Position numbers and translations under genes: made by a program
Assembly (NCBI GenBank): GCA_009602735.1
Contig: WELA01002258.1
Span: 1-58,463 of the forward strand
DNA length: 58,463 nt
Direction: 5' to 3'
Origin: Mesotaenium endlicherianum
Lineage: Eukaryota
Part shown: positions 27,250 to 39,877 of the stretch, piece after piece
Numbering within the stretch: position 1 is the first letter of the stretch
How the letters are laid out: each line of letters begins with the position of its first letter
Notes under the pieces: model-generated
Told to the model about the DNA's origin: nothing
Databases searched by the model: none
Seen by the model: the letters and a program-made list of their open reading frames with translations, nothing else

Positions 27250-28860
27250 ACTGTACATGCAATTGAGGAGTAGAAGACTCTACTACCCTGTGGAGCCTGC
27301 GGAAGGTTCTGATTCAAGCTAGAGTCCACGAGAAAGTGAGACACCTGAGCACACGGATAACCCGTGGAGTGAGCAACCATCGAGAGACGAGTCTCGCCAT
27401 ACTGCCACGAACGGTGAGAATCCGTATAACGCGCGAGCTTTTGTACCCAATTTGGGCAGAGAGCACGACGTGTGGGATAAAGATAGTGAGTCTTGGTCAC
27501 CACTCGAAATGACTGGTGATGATGAGGATGAAAATCCTTAGTTCAAGCTGTCTACAAAGTATTTTAGTGGACGAACCAGTGGAAATAGTCTCATTTTTGA
27601 AGAGTTTGATGAGATTTATTGGGCTAACTTCTTTGAGAAAATCCGAAAGGATTCTTCTTACACTCAGTCAGTCGCTTTTATAAGCTTGGTTCAGTACTTG
27701 GACAAGGATGCCTTGTTGCTGTATCGCCAATTTCGGAAGGATGAGAACCTTACCCAGGAATGAGCGTTTGACGAGCAAAAGAAGGCGAGAGATTTGAAGA
27801 TCCAGAAAGAGGCTGCGAAAGCCCGCCTGTCCGCTTTGTCATCAGGAAGAGCGATACTTGCTGCACCTGTTGAGAGCGTAGACTTAGTTGCACTAACACA
27901 AGAATTAACAGATGCCATGACGCAACTCACCGAGGGTCAGCAGCGAGCGGCTACTCGAGATGATGATGCTGGATCTGTCGCAGAATTGCGTAAAGTGTGT
28001 GCAGAATTGTCTGAAAAGATTGCTAATGCTCAGGAACGAGTAACACGCAGAGCTGCACCTTTTACAGGGCAGCATGGTGATAGTGTCACCACGGAAGCAA
28101 GCCATGCGCAAGCGTTGGCTAGTTGCCGTAGGGATATGGAGGCTGGGGATGACCAGTTAGACTCTGAGCACTGTCTGCGTCGTTTCTTTAAGTTGCTTGA
28201 AGCAACATTCCCAGAGGATCGCAGTCTTAAAGTGCACCGCTATGTGCATTTTGTCCGTCAGAAGAACGAGATAGTGATGGAGGTCAAATCCAGATTGGTA
28301 GACCTTGCCAAGAAGGCAGGAATCTATGAGCCTAAAATTGTGGCTGACAAATTCTTATTGTGTCTAGGTAAAGACACAGATCGGGAGGTCAGGCCGCACC
28401 TATCTGCGAAACGCGGAATCGACTGGAACATCGACGAGGCTGCCGAAATAGCACGCAATGTCGAGGAAGGTAAAGTCTGGTACAAGGAGGCTTCCAAGGC
28501 GCTTATGGCTCCTGAGAGAAGGGAGAAATCCTTTCAGCCCAGGACAATAGCTCTAACTTTCAGTTTAAGAAAAAGAGCAGGTCTTTCAATAGGTTTGCTA
28601 AGCACGCCAACACTGCTGAGACAGCAGAGGGCTGTTGGAACTGCGGGAAATCAGGACATCAGAAGAGAGATTGTCCGTACTCGGATGCTAAGCAATTGTC
28701 TGCTAGCAAGGCGCAGGTATGCGCACACTGCAGTAAAAAGGGACACTCAGAAGATGAGTGTTGGTCCAAGAACCCAAATCTGAAACCACCATGGGCTAAT
28801 GCTGCCACGAAAGAGGCGGATAAGGGTAAGAAACGGGAGAAAGACAACTCTGGTAACCGG
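27250..28860 (+). pseudogene. gag of B copy 1 with two CCHC zinc knuckles
   Basis: CWNCGKSGHQKRDC (~28633) and CAHCSKKGHSEDEC (~28719). Stops and frameshifts. Homologous to 41160-42804. Confidence 0.8.
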
Positions 28861-31316
28861 AAGGGTAATCAGAAGTATGATGCTATGAGTGCAGAGATTG
28901 CAGAGTTTAAAGCTCAATTTGCAAGACTAAATGTGCCTAATGTCTATTACGATGCAGATGTGGCCGAAAAGACCGTCTGCAAAGGCAAGAAGCTGACGCC
29001 TGAGAAGGTCGTGGCTGCAACGGCTGCGGAGCGCGCAGATCATGACCGTCTGGTTCCAAGGAATGCTGGGAAGCTTCCTCAGACCTTTCGGATCACTCTC
29101 GATGAGAACGAGATTGGGCAGCTACGACAAACCAAGCCTGGGCCACGCAAGACATTTAGTTTTTCGCTGGAAAAGCTGAAAGCTCTGGTGGAACACCGGA
29201 TTCAGCACATTCCTTGTCTTTCACTCGCTGATCTGCGTCTTACATACCCTTTCACGATTGAGGAAGCCGGACAGCAGCTGGACCTAGCTGAGGAAGGCGC
29301 TAACAGCGCTTCGCTGTCTACTAATTTCAGCACTGTGAGAGTGCAGCACAAGGATAGAGTTTTGACGTTTAACAACTGGGCCGCTCCCAATATCCTATTG
29401 GACACTGGCGCACAGCCAGTAATCTTGGGAAAGCGAGCTGTGAAAGCTCTGGGATTGACGGCGAGGGACCTGAAAGAAAGTCCTTTCCAGTTGAGGACTG
29501 CAATCACCCGCAAGCCTGTGGATATCACAGTAAACGTGGGGAAACCTGAGGAAGCGTCACTGTTCATAGAGTGTACGGTGACAGAGGCAAAAAACTATGA
29601 TGTTCTATTGGGGACAGAAGCTCTGATTCCCCTGGGTATGGTCATCGACCTGCGGAAGCAGAGGGTGACTTACCAGTCGACAGATTGGCAGCCGACAGGA
29701 GAAATTCCTGTAAAAATGGTTTGCTCGGGAGAAGCAAACTACGGACTGCTAGACTGCTATGTGAATGACCAGTATCCAGACCATTATGACCTCATCATGC
29801 AACGCGAAGAGAAGATCTACACCAGCATCAACATGTCGACTCCCTTGGTTTGGCAACCTTGGATTATGGAGCAACTAGAAGCTGTGAGTAACAGGGACCG
29901 TGGCCCGCAAGAGCTGCTGCCAGTTCCTTATCCAGTTAAGACTGCTGCCAATTTGATGCCTGGAGTAGACCCATTGCCGCAAGGCATTGTGAGGATGGAA
30001 GATTCTTTTCGCAGGAGAGGAGTAGTAGTGCTGGAATTGTTCGCCGGACTTGGTACCGGAACCATCGCACTGATTCAACGAGGTATCCGGGTATCCAAAG
30101 TGCTGTATGTGGACAATGATGAGAATGTTTTTACAACATTTGAGGAGGTCATGAGTCAGATGCGGCAAATGTACCATTTCAAGGCATTGGTGCCCACTAG
30201 TGTGGTGCGTCTTGTTGGAGGAAACATTCTCGATGTGAAGTCTGAGGACCTGTATGGTTACAAGATTGACTGGATTTTTGCGGGATTCCCTTGTCAACCT
30301 TTCTCGCAAGCTGGGAACAGGAGGAGATTCAATGACCCGCGAGCACAACACTGGGGAAGGATGGTGAAGATCATCAGTATGCTGCGGGAACGCCAGCATC
30401 TCTACCCACCAGTGTTTGTGATTGAGAATGTACATCCGAGGATGGATTACAACCAGATGAAGCCAGGAGATCCATGGCTGGTCTTCGACTCCACCCTGGG
30501 TCATCATGTATTGATCAACGACGCCAGGCACGGAGGACTCTCACACCGAGCCAGACTATTCTGGACCAACGGCATGTCCATGAAATCCTGAGGGAGATGG
30601 AGGAGATTACGCGGCGCCCGCCAACGGCAGTATCTGTGGGAGAAGCACTGATGGTGGAAAACAAGCCAGTGATCAGGAGGGATTCCTACCCACAGTACGT
30701 CGTCAACGAGCCAGGCCGGCCGAGAGTGGTGCTGCCCACCTTCACGGCATACCTAGGATCACGCGCTTTCGTGAATGGAGGACCAGGAATGGTCAAAGAT
30801 GTGCACGACAGAGAAGCTCAGTGGAGAGAGCCGACAGCTGAAGAGAAGGGAAGGTGCCTGGGGGTACCCAACTCCATTGCACAAGAAATTGTTGCAAAGG
30901 TGGGACAGGACAACGCTGGGAAGATATTCGGCAATATGATTGGGCATCACTCCATGACATGGTTGGTAGAGACGATTATGACTTGGCAACAAATGACAAT
31001 CTCTGACAAGCCTATGCCCAGGCCGAGGCCGGTAACGATTGGAGTCCATGTGGTGCCAACCTCTGATCAGAGAGCTATCAGGGAAACGTATCAGCGACAA
31101 AAAGAATATGCTGTTGAAAGAGACGCAGCTGAGACTGACCAAGATGAAACACTCAGAGAAACCAGAATGGTGGAGCTGACCAGGTGTCAAGACATATTGA
31201 CGCGAATTGACACTCGGATGGCGGCTCTACACGACCCTCTGGAAAGAGAGCTGCGGAGGCTGCGAGAAGACGTAACCATGGAAGACGGGCAACTGGTGCA
31301 GCAAACCCTTTGGTGA
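28696..31316 (+). pseudogene. Protease + DNMT3-like methyltransferase of B copy 1 (one frameshift ~30580)
   Basis: LLDTGAQPV; LELFAGLGTG; IDWIFAGFPCQPFS; VIENV; SHRARLFWTN; after the shift LPTF, REPTAEEKGRCLG, IFGNMIG. MTase spans ~30022-30990. Confidence 0.92.
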
Positions 31317-33046
31317 GCGCTGCAGTAAGAAAATCACAGGAGGTCCCAGCATCTGCAGAACGCTCCAGCCAAGTATTTGGGAGGATGCCGGAATGGGACG
31401 AATATACCAGTTCCGAGTTACGAAACATGGCCCCAGACCAGGTCTTCGGGAGCCCATCCCCAGACGCGGTAACATCAAGATATGAAGAACGCCAGTGCAA
31501 TATTGGCAAATGGGCCGAAGAATGCAGTCAGAATTCAGGAAATTCTGGAGGGTCTGGAAAGACCATTTGCCTGGAGGTGATTTTTGAAGAACACAAGAAG
31601 GAGACGGCCAAGAGATTGCCCGCCACACTTGCTCTGATGAGCCCAGAGCCAGAGGCCAAAGGCCAACCACAAGACACAGTTGGCAGCACAGCTGAGTCGA
31701 TCACCAGGCAAATCATGGCGCAGTTGCTGGAAGCAGACGTCCCTCGACTCAAGGAAGAGAAAGTGGCGAAAGCAGCTCTCGCTCTACAGTCAGCCATCAT
31801 CAACATGGCGAGGCTCAACACAAGAGGGGATGAAGAATTGCCGCCTCCTGGAACAGAGAAGCCGGAGGAGGAAGAGGATGCGGAGATGCAAGGCCTCTCG
31901 GAGTTGGACTCGCCATCACTCAACAATGAAGGGGACATTAGGGAAGAAATTCCACGTTTTCCCACGCCAGACTTGGATCTGCTTGACTTACAAGAGCTGA
32001 GGACAGACGACTGGGTGGCTGACCACCTGATGGGGCCAAGCCCGGCAGACCTTTATGAAGAATTAAGGTCGCCAACATCCAGTTCTCCTTCTGCCAGTCT
32101 TCCAGTGGCAGAACCCAAGTCAACCGCACAACCGCCGCAACGGCAGGAGGTGACTGCCTGCACTGCTAAAGTGGAGACAGCACAAGGAAAGCCCGAAAGT
32201 CGCGCAAGCAGACCAAGGAAGGTGGCCCGTGAGGGTAACGCATCTTTTAGGAGGATGCTAAAGCGATATTTCAAGCATAAGGGGAAGGCTCAGAGAGAGG
32301 GCGTTCCGCGAGGAACCACAGCCCCACCTCCGCCGCCTCTGCGGGATATTTTGCAGAGAGAGGGAGAGGACGGTTTGGTTCGCAGGGCAATGGCATTGGG
32401 CATTAGTGTGCCGCCAGGCATGAACACGCCCTTGTTGCAACTATCAGATCTTAGGATACAGAGGTCGAAGGAGCCTGCTCCCAGGTTACCTGCAATCCCA
32501 GGATGGAAACTGATGGATCTGAGAAACACCATCAGTTGCTGGACCGCAGCAGATGATGCCTTTCTTGCACAACTAGCGGCACCTCAAAGGCCGCAAACAT
32601 TGGCGCAGGCATGGATGATCACACCACCCGCAAGGGAGGAGTATGGCACGACCGTTGCCCGCATGGCTATTATTGAGCGAGAATGGGGCTGGGCGATCAG
32701 CCCTAGGACAGATCCCGCAGGTTTCCCAATGGCAACCCAACCTCGGCCACGTGAAGAAGGAGGAACCGGGACCAGTTGGACTGCAGTCGACGAGGAAATG
32801 TTCCTGAGGCAACCCATCCGGAGGCGCCTGACATACCCCTCAACGCAGGAGAGGCAACGCGTCATTGGGAAAGGTAAAAAGCCTAAGAAATAGGCTGCCG
32901 AACTTATGGCGACGGAGGAGCAAGCTGCAAAGCCTGCTACCCCACCTCCTAAGAATCAGGCAGAAAAGTTTGAGAGCCAGAATCAGGCAGAAAAGCCTGA
33001 GGGCCAGGATGAGGGCGGGAAGCCCCCACCTGCACCTAAGGAGTAG
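31310..33046 (+). pseudogene. Long Pro/Glu-rich linker of unknown function between DNMT and RT, ending at a conserved TAG
   Basis: ORF 31310..32893 continues in frame to TAG 33044-33046. Peptides EEIPRFPTP.LDLL.LQELRTDDWVADH and IEREWGW are shared with copy 2. Confidence 0.7.
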
Positions 33047-34646
33047 AAACTACTCGATGCCTTTGTTGGGGAGAAGCAACCTGAAACTGAGACTTTTGCC
33101 ATTGGGAAAATGGTCTCAGCCCAACAGAGAGCACAAGTAGAAAGGTTGCTGAAGAAACACCGCAAGGTATTTGCTTTCACTAAGGAGGAGATTGGTAGAA
33201 CCACTGCCAGTGAGTGTGAGATCACACTAACTACTGATAACCCAGTTAGACTAGGGCCGCATCAGCTCAGTCAGACAGAATGGGACTGTGTGGAGAAAAC
33301 TTGTGAAGAGCTGCATAAGCTCCGCATGATTGAAAAATCTACCTCAGTACATGGGGCTTCTACAGTAGTAGTTGCTAAAAAGGACGAGGCCGGCAATTAC
33401 ACTGCCACTCGTATGTGTGGAGATTACAGGCGACTGAATCTCTACGCGGAGCCAGATAGCTATGTGATGCCTACGTCGGAAAGGATCTTTGCAAATGCCA
33501 CCATCGGAAAGGTGTTCAGCATTATCGATCTGCGCCAAGGCTTCAACCAGATCCCTGTGAAAACAGAAGATCGAGGTAAGACTGCTTTCTGGGCTCAAAG
33601 GGAACTTTGGCAATGGACAGTAATGCCATTTGGGCTGAAAAATGCCCCAGCCATATATCAGAGGACTATGGATAAAGCGCTGGAGGGGCTGGATTTCGCT
33701 AAGCCATACATTGATGATGTGGTAGTATTCAGCAAGTCCATAGAGGAGCACCTCGAGCACTTGGAACAAGTGTTCCAGCGCTTGGAGAATTTCCAGATGA
33801 AGCTTCATCCTGGGAAGTGCAGATTCTTTGAGGCACACGTGCCTTACCTAGAACATGAGATTGAGAAAAATGTTATGTCCCCTCAGGCTGTGAAGACTGA
33901 AGCTATCTACAAGATACCTGCACCTGCGAATGTGTCTAAGCTGAAAGCTCTGTTAGGGCTAAGCGGATACTATCGTAAGTTTGTGAAGGATTATAGCAGA
34001 ATTGCTAAACTCTTGACGGAACTCTTGAAAAATGATGTACCTTTTGTGTGGACAGAAGCTCAGGAGAAAGCCATGAACGAGCTTAAGGAGCGGCTGGTAA
34101 CAGCCCCAGTCTTGCGAACGCCTGACTACTCCAAATTGTTCAATCTGCACACCGACTGGAGTCGTGTGGGAATTGGCGCAGTACTCACTCAGGCCACAAG
34201 CCCTAGAGAGGAGTATGTCATTGCCTATGCCTCACGCTCTAACAATCGAGCGGAGAGCAACTACTCGTCCTATGAAGGAGAGTTGCTGGCAGTGATTTGG
34301 GCGGTCACACATTTCAGAGAGTATCTGTGGGGAAGACCCTTCACACTGATCACGGATCACTTACCATTACTATGGCTGATGAAGAATGGAGACCTCACTG
34401 GTAAGTTGGCTCGCTGGGCTCTTAAGCTGCAAGAGTACCAAATGACAGTGGTGCACAGAGCAGGAGTGCTCAACAACGACGCCGATGGACTCAGCAGGAA
34501 CCCAGACCCATCTTCAGACGACAGAACAGGAGCTCGAGAGGACAAAGACCCGAGCAGCCCAGCAGAGTTGGTGGCTTGTCTAGCCGAAATGGCTGGAATA
34601 GTAGCATCAAGTGAAGCTGAGCCTCTACCCCTATTCAGTCCAGAGA
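33047..34646 (+). CDS. RT + RNase H of B copy 1
   Basis: RMCGDYRRLN, IDLRQGFNQI, MPFGLKNAP, YIDD, HTDWSRVGIGAVL, AYASR, ITDH. Open through the RNase H until the solo-LTR insertion. Confidence 0.93.
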
Positions 34647-35391
34647 TGTAAGGTCATAGGTTTATAAAGTGCATTTTTTGAGTTTCATAAAATTATGTTT
34701 TGATTAACCATTCATGTAGAGTGCATTTTTGTGGTCATTTTGATATAAAGTTCATTGAATTTGGTCAGGTATTGAGAGAGTTACGGATTTTTGAAGTTTA
34801 ATTAGTTTTGAGGTCGGTTGACGACTGTCCTTAATTCGCGCTGAGCGCGACCGTCGGATTGACCGACAGCGTCGAGCGATCTGGCCCGTTAGAATGAACT
34901 CGAACCTTCACGTAAGTTCGGCTGACGCGGAGTGCCGACTAGGTCGATTTACCTAAAAGTTTCGGTCTAGCCTAGCGCGTCTAAGATAGAATATTCTAGT
35001 AATGTCGATGCATGTATGTGGACGTCAATTCGGCCCGACACGTCAAATTAGACTGATCTGGCTTACTCACGAATATTCTGGAAGGGACGATTTGACGAAC
35101 ACTTAGGAAAATCCGTAGCTTCCTCCTGGAGAGGAGCACTTAGGCAGAAAATCATAAATAGGCATAACTTCTTTGTTTCTAAGGAGTTCTCACTTCTGTA
35201 AATTTCTACGGGTTTGTAATGACAAGGCCTTTCATCCTACATCATTTGTGAGCAGTTTCTTGCCACTCAAAATGTCAAGTAATTTTCCTAAGCTTTCTTA
35301 GCAATATGCCGCTGCACTCTTGAGTATGATTGCAACTAGCTTTGTTCCTCGTGAGTCACTACGCTTCCACTAGGGCACTCTGCCCCTTTCA
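34647..35391. mobile_element. Solo LTR (745 bp) inserted in pol of B copy 1
   Basis: TGTAAGG...CCTTTCA termini; 5-bp TSD AGAGA at 34642-34646 and 35392-35396. Copy 2 has the empty site (ccagagatctgg). Confidence 0.9.
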
Positions 35392-35396
35392 AGAGA

Positions 35397-36856
35397 TCTG
35401 GAAAGATCAAGCTACTATGCACTCGCTGAAGACGGGAACTCACTTGGAAGGACTATCAGTGAAGGAGAAGGACCAGGTAAACCATCGAGCTAAAAGGTTT
35501 TGCTGGTAATGCAACAACCTCTTCAAAATTGAAGAAATCGGTCAGGAGAAGTTAGTGCCAGAACCCATCAGGAGACGAGCCCTTATGCAAGAAATGCACG
35601 AGAACACTGGACACTATGGTGTCAAGAAGGCATATAGTCTTTTGGAGCTGTCTTACTGGTGGAGGGGCATGAAGCAGCAGTATGAAGATGTGATCAAGGC
35701 CTGCCAAAGCTGTAATCGCATCAAGGCTGGTTTTACACAGCAACATCCACACTTGCAACCTTTGCCGATCATGGGCCTAGGCTACCGTTGGAGCTGCAAT
35801 CTCGCAGGTGAGCTACCGCTGTCTAAGCGAGGTAACAAGTATATCATGGTCATGATTGAGCATTTCTCTAAGTGGATAGAGGTAGTCCCTCTGACTGCTA
35901 AGGAGAGTCTAGGGACCGCGGAAGCGTTCCTCAATGGTGTGATTGTGCGTCATGGAGCTCCAGCAGAAGTGCTGACAGACCAAGGGTCTGAGTTCCAAGG
36001 GTCTTTTCAGAAACTCTTGGACAGATGCTTCATCGATCATCGCACTACGTCTAGAGATCATCCGCAAGCAGATGGTCTCGCAGAAAGGATGGTGCAAACC
36101 ATTAAGTCTGCTTTGCGCAAGTTTTGCCTTGAGCATGACAAGCGTGACTGGGATCTAGCCCTGCCATGGCTGGTTATGGGTTACAGATTTAGCAAGCAGG
36201 CTGCCTTGGCAAATTACTCGCCACATCAGATACTGTTTGGCAGAAGTCCAGTAGTGCCCAGCAGCATCAAGCAGGAGATTGAACAGGTGAAAGACCTGGA
36301 TAGCCCTGATGAACTGTTAAAAGTGATGATGCGCCGTAAGGCGCCATTTGAGCGCATGATACCGGCTGCACTAGACAATTTAATAATTGCACAGAAAAGA
36401 GATACGCAATGTTACGCCACGACGCGAGACGGGAGCTACCACATGCAGATGACGCGAATTCAAGAAGGAGACTTTGTCTACCGCAAGCGCCAGACCAAGA
36501 CCACCATCGACACTAGTTCAGGTGCAATGATCTTGCGCGTGAAACATGCGTTTGACAATGGTGTGTTAGAACTGGAAGGTTCTGATGGTAAAACCATGAG
36601 AGACCACGTGCAGAATTGCTCGCTATGCCATTTGCCGAATATCGATCCCACAGTTAGGGTTGTGCCCAAGGAATTGGTGCCGGCCACGCCTTGTGCCAGC
36701 TGCAAAGTGCTGGACGATCAGGAAGCAATGGTAACTTGCTATAAGTGTGGTGCCCGTTGGCACACTTTCTGCATTGGCGAGGAAGAAATTATGGCAGGAC
36801 GATGGGAATGTCCTGATTGCCTTCCCAAAACCCCTAGCCGCAGGGCTGGAAAATAA
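35397..36856 (+). pseudogene. Integrase with C-terminal PHD finger, B copy 1
   Basis: HENTGH..CQSC; first catalytic D reads N (WSCNLAG), then LTDQG and ADGLAER. PHD CASC..CYKC..HTFC..WECPDC at ~36691-36820. Confidence 0.9.
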
Positions 36857-36891
36857 TAGCTTTCAGCAGGAAAGGCAGGGACGCCTCAGCT

Positions 36892-36903
36892 GAAAGGGAG
36901 GGG
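36892..36903 (+). promoter_or_regulatory. Polypurine tract
   Basis: gaaagggagggg directly before TGTAAG at 36904. Confidence 0.85.
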
Positions 36904-37207
36904 TGTAAGAGGAATTAAGGCAAGACAAGTATTTTTTAAATTTTCTGCTAAAGTCTTAGAATAAGCAGATGGTGAGAGCCGGGTGACAGAGAACGTCACC
37001 CTGAGTGTTGGTCAAGGCTGCATGGTGCAAGTTCTAGAACCCAGGGATGGGTTAACCCTGGTAAGGCTTGTCATCGACACACGTGCAAAGGTCGATCGAC
37101 CATGTCTGCCACACGTGAAGAGGGCCACCGACACATCAACCAGGCCAAAGGCACACGTGCTGGAAGGCTACGCACGTGCCGAGGGACCGACACTGTTAGG
37201 CACAACA
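36904..37207 (+). repeat. Repeat Y1 (304 bp)
   Basis: Near-identical to 38436-38739. Confidence 0.95.
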
Positions 37208-37209
37208 GC

Positions 37210-38435
37210 TGTCGCAACTATTATCCGTTTGACGGTTTTGCACGCGCAGCGTAAGCTACGGCCACCTAGTGCTAAAAGTCAACATTGACTCACCGACCAC
37301 TTGACTGATTACATCGCAGTCAGCGGTTATGGTGGCGTCAAGACCACTGGCAAGGGGTCAATGTCAGTGTGCCCCACACCCAGGGATGGGGGAGATTTTG
37401 ACAAGACAGCCGCAAGGCTAGGAGCTGGGGATCAGCAATGAGCCGCCCAGCAAGTACCAGGTCAGGTACTGTGTGACTGGCAGATTAAGCCAGGTCATGG
37501 CTGCAATGCCAAGATAGGTTACGGCCGCCCGGTTGGGAAAACTTGAGCAAGTGGCATTTGCTTGCACGCCGCTCAGGAATTCTTAGCCATGAGCCAATTA
37601 GTCGTGACTGCCAGCTGAGAAGCTAAGCAGCCACGCGCGACAGTCACAAGGTGTGCATGCATGCTGAGTGACTACGAGTTTGAGTTGAGCTTGGCTAGGC
37701 AGAGGCGACATGCAGCTAAGTTGTGTGACTAAGCACGGCATTCTCGAAAGATGACGCTGTGTGGTGCCTGCGAAAAGCACGAATCTTGCCTGAGACATGT
37801 CATTCACTCTCACGCACCTTTGCCAAGAGGCAGAAGGAAAGAGAAGAAGGGCGCGAAGAAGAAGAAGGAGTTCCCAAGGCCATTGGAGGGCCAAAGCCCC
37901 ACGCTTCTGACAACGCTGAAGATTCTTCTGTGTATCATAGATAAGTTAAGATTGTAGGAGCTCCCAAGAGGGAATCTCACGGTTGAAGAAGGAGAACTGC
38001 AGAATAGAATCTGCTAGGAGATTAGCACAGAGTCAGCCGAACGCCACAAGTGTGTGTGTGAAGCAGCCTTAAAATGGTGAGTTGTGTGTTGATTTCCAAG
38101 TTCTCAGAAGTCGCATTCGCATCTCAAAGAGAGAGAGCAGTATTGACAGATAAAGCTCTCAGTGAAGAACTGAGTGAGCCCAGCCTGGCAGTGAAGAGCT
38201 GTTAAGGCGCGGTGTCAAGTGAAGAGCTTGACCCAGGCCAGCATAGACGTAGTTTCAGAGTTTTGTAAGCTGATTTGTGGAAGTTAAGCGAAAGCCTAAA
38301 GGGCAATTTTCTATGGATCTGACGTTGCATGTCAAGCTGTTTAGAGTGTGATTTCTGCAAGCTATAATTTGCTCACCTGTGAACCCAAGAACCTTAAGGC
38401 ATAAAGCCTATGTGGAAGTAAGAAACTTCCGTCCT
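37210..38435 (+). repeat. Repeat X2 (1226 bp)
   Basis: Near-identical to 25908-27133. Confidence 0.95.
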
Positions 38436-38739
38436 TGTAAGAGGAATTAAGGCAAGACAAGTAGTTTTTAAATTTTCTGCTAAAGTCTTAGGATAAGCAA
38501 ATGGTGAGATCCGGGTGACAGAGAACGTCACCCTGAGTGTTGGTCAAGGCTGCATGGTGCAAGTTCAGGAACCCAGGGATGGGTTAACCCTGGTAAGGCT
38601 TGTCACCGACACACGTGCAAAGGTCGATCGACCATGTCTGCCACACGTGAGGAGGGCCACCGATACATCAACCAGGCCGATGGCACACGTGCTGGAAGGC
38701 TACGCACGTGCCGAGGGACCGACATTGTTAGGCACGACA
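38436..38739 (+). repeat. Repeat Y2 (304 bp), right terminus of the element
   Basis: Abuts X2 directly; ends GCACGACA. Confidence 0.95.
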
Positions 38740-39877
38740 CGAATGGTGTCAATATTGACAAAATATGTGATTTTATTTTTTTTTTGCAATTTTTGTATCG
38801 TCTTTCCAATTTTAATCTTAGAAGGAGCATTTGGATGAGCAATATTACGAGTCGGCAAAGTGAATTGGCCCTTTTGGTGGCTTCAATCATGAATTGAAAT
38901 AATAAATATCAATTCATGGTATGGAATAAAAGCTATGTGCTGGTGTCTTTTGCATTGTCCAAAGACTGTCCTCATCGCAAGTACCTTCATATTCAATAAT
39001 TGGTAAATTTTTGACAATGCCTCCTTTAACCATGACCACAACAAGCTTTGGTCAATTGTGCCCCTGTCTTAAGATTGTGTATGATAATCTCATTTTTGTT
39101 ACTTAAATGTTTGGTAAAGCCCAATGATATGGAAGTTGCATGCTCTTGGTGAATTGTTCATGCTTGGTTGCATAGTAACCGAAAATGTTTACTTCCCACG
39201 CTTGAGCAGACGTCGATTCATGTACTTTGCCACACGCTTGCACGTTTTCTCCCGTCGGGACACGTGACGGGTCCTGACGGCAGTCCCCGGTTATATGTCT
39301 CTCGTGCTTGTAACGACCAAGATTGACCACAATGCGTTTCGTGCCACGGCTGGACGCACGCTCTTGAACAATTTTGGTCAAATTGGTCAATTCCTCGTCG
39401 CAGCTCGTGGTGTAGGCCGTCCGCTGGAGAGCGAGAGGTGCGAACACTTGCATTAGTCGAGTGGGCAGCATGGCGAGTGAAAGGAGGCAGGAGGGGCAGC
39501 GACGATTTTGAAGGTTTTTAGCGGGGAATTCGACCCGAAAAGGGGAAGCTGTTCGTTGGAGAAGCAGCCCACCTGAGCTGTGCGGAAAGATGGCGGAAGC
39601 GAGAAGATAGAAGATTGTTTCAATGAAGGAAAAAAGAATTTATTTGTAGAATATCGAATAAATATACAACGGTTTTGGACGACTTATATAGTCATTGTCT
39701 TTAACGGGCAAAAGGTTAACGGTCGTGTAACTTAAGCTATTCTAGAATGTAATGTGGCGCGTTCTACTCTAGATGTCGTTGGTGAATTTGCCTCAGGTAG
39801 TCGTTGAAAGATTATGCTATAGAAGACGTTGACTAATTATATCCTTGTATACTAGAAAATAATTATTATCCAAGCAC

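Larger units (their letters stand above)
25908..38739 (+). mobile_element. Near full-length Ty3/Gypsy element, family B copy 1 (gag-PR-DNMT-linker-RT-RH-IN-PHD) with split direct repeats
   Basis: Termini TGTCG...CGACA. Repeat X at 25908-27133 and 37210-38435; repeat Y at 36904-37207 and 38436-38739. All coding domains present but disrupted. Confidence 0.92.

Noticed and set aside
30022..30990. Bacterial restriction-modification methylase or contamination
   Set aside because: It is fused in frame to a retroelement protease, motifs are DNMT3-like, and there is no cognate nuclease or operon context.
32954..33007. 27-bp tandem duplication in B copy 1
   Set aside because: Simple in-frame local duplication absent from copy 2; no sign of function.
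25908..38739. Classifying family B as a DIRS/Ngaro element because of its split repeats
   Set aside because: No tyrosine recombinase is visible. RT-RH-IN order, the HHCC/DDE integrase and the PPT are Ty3/Gypsy-type.
38740..39877. 122-aa minus-strand ORF and short palindrome tgtcaatattgaca between the two B copies
   Set aside because: No recognisable motif, no second copy and no defined termini.
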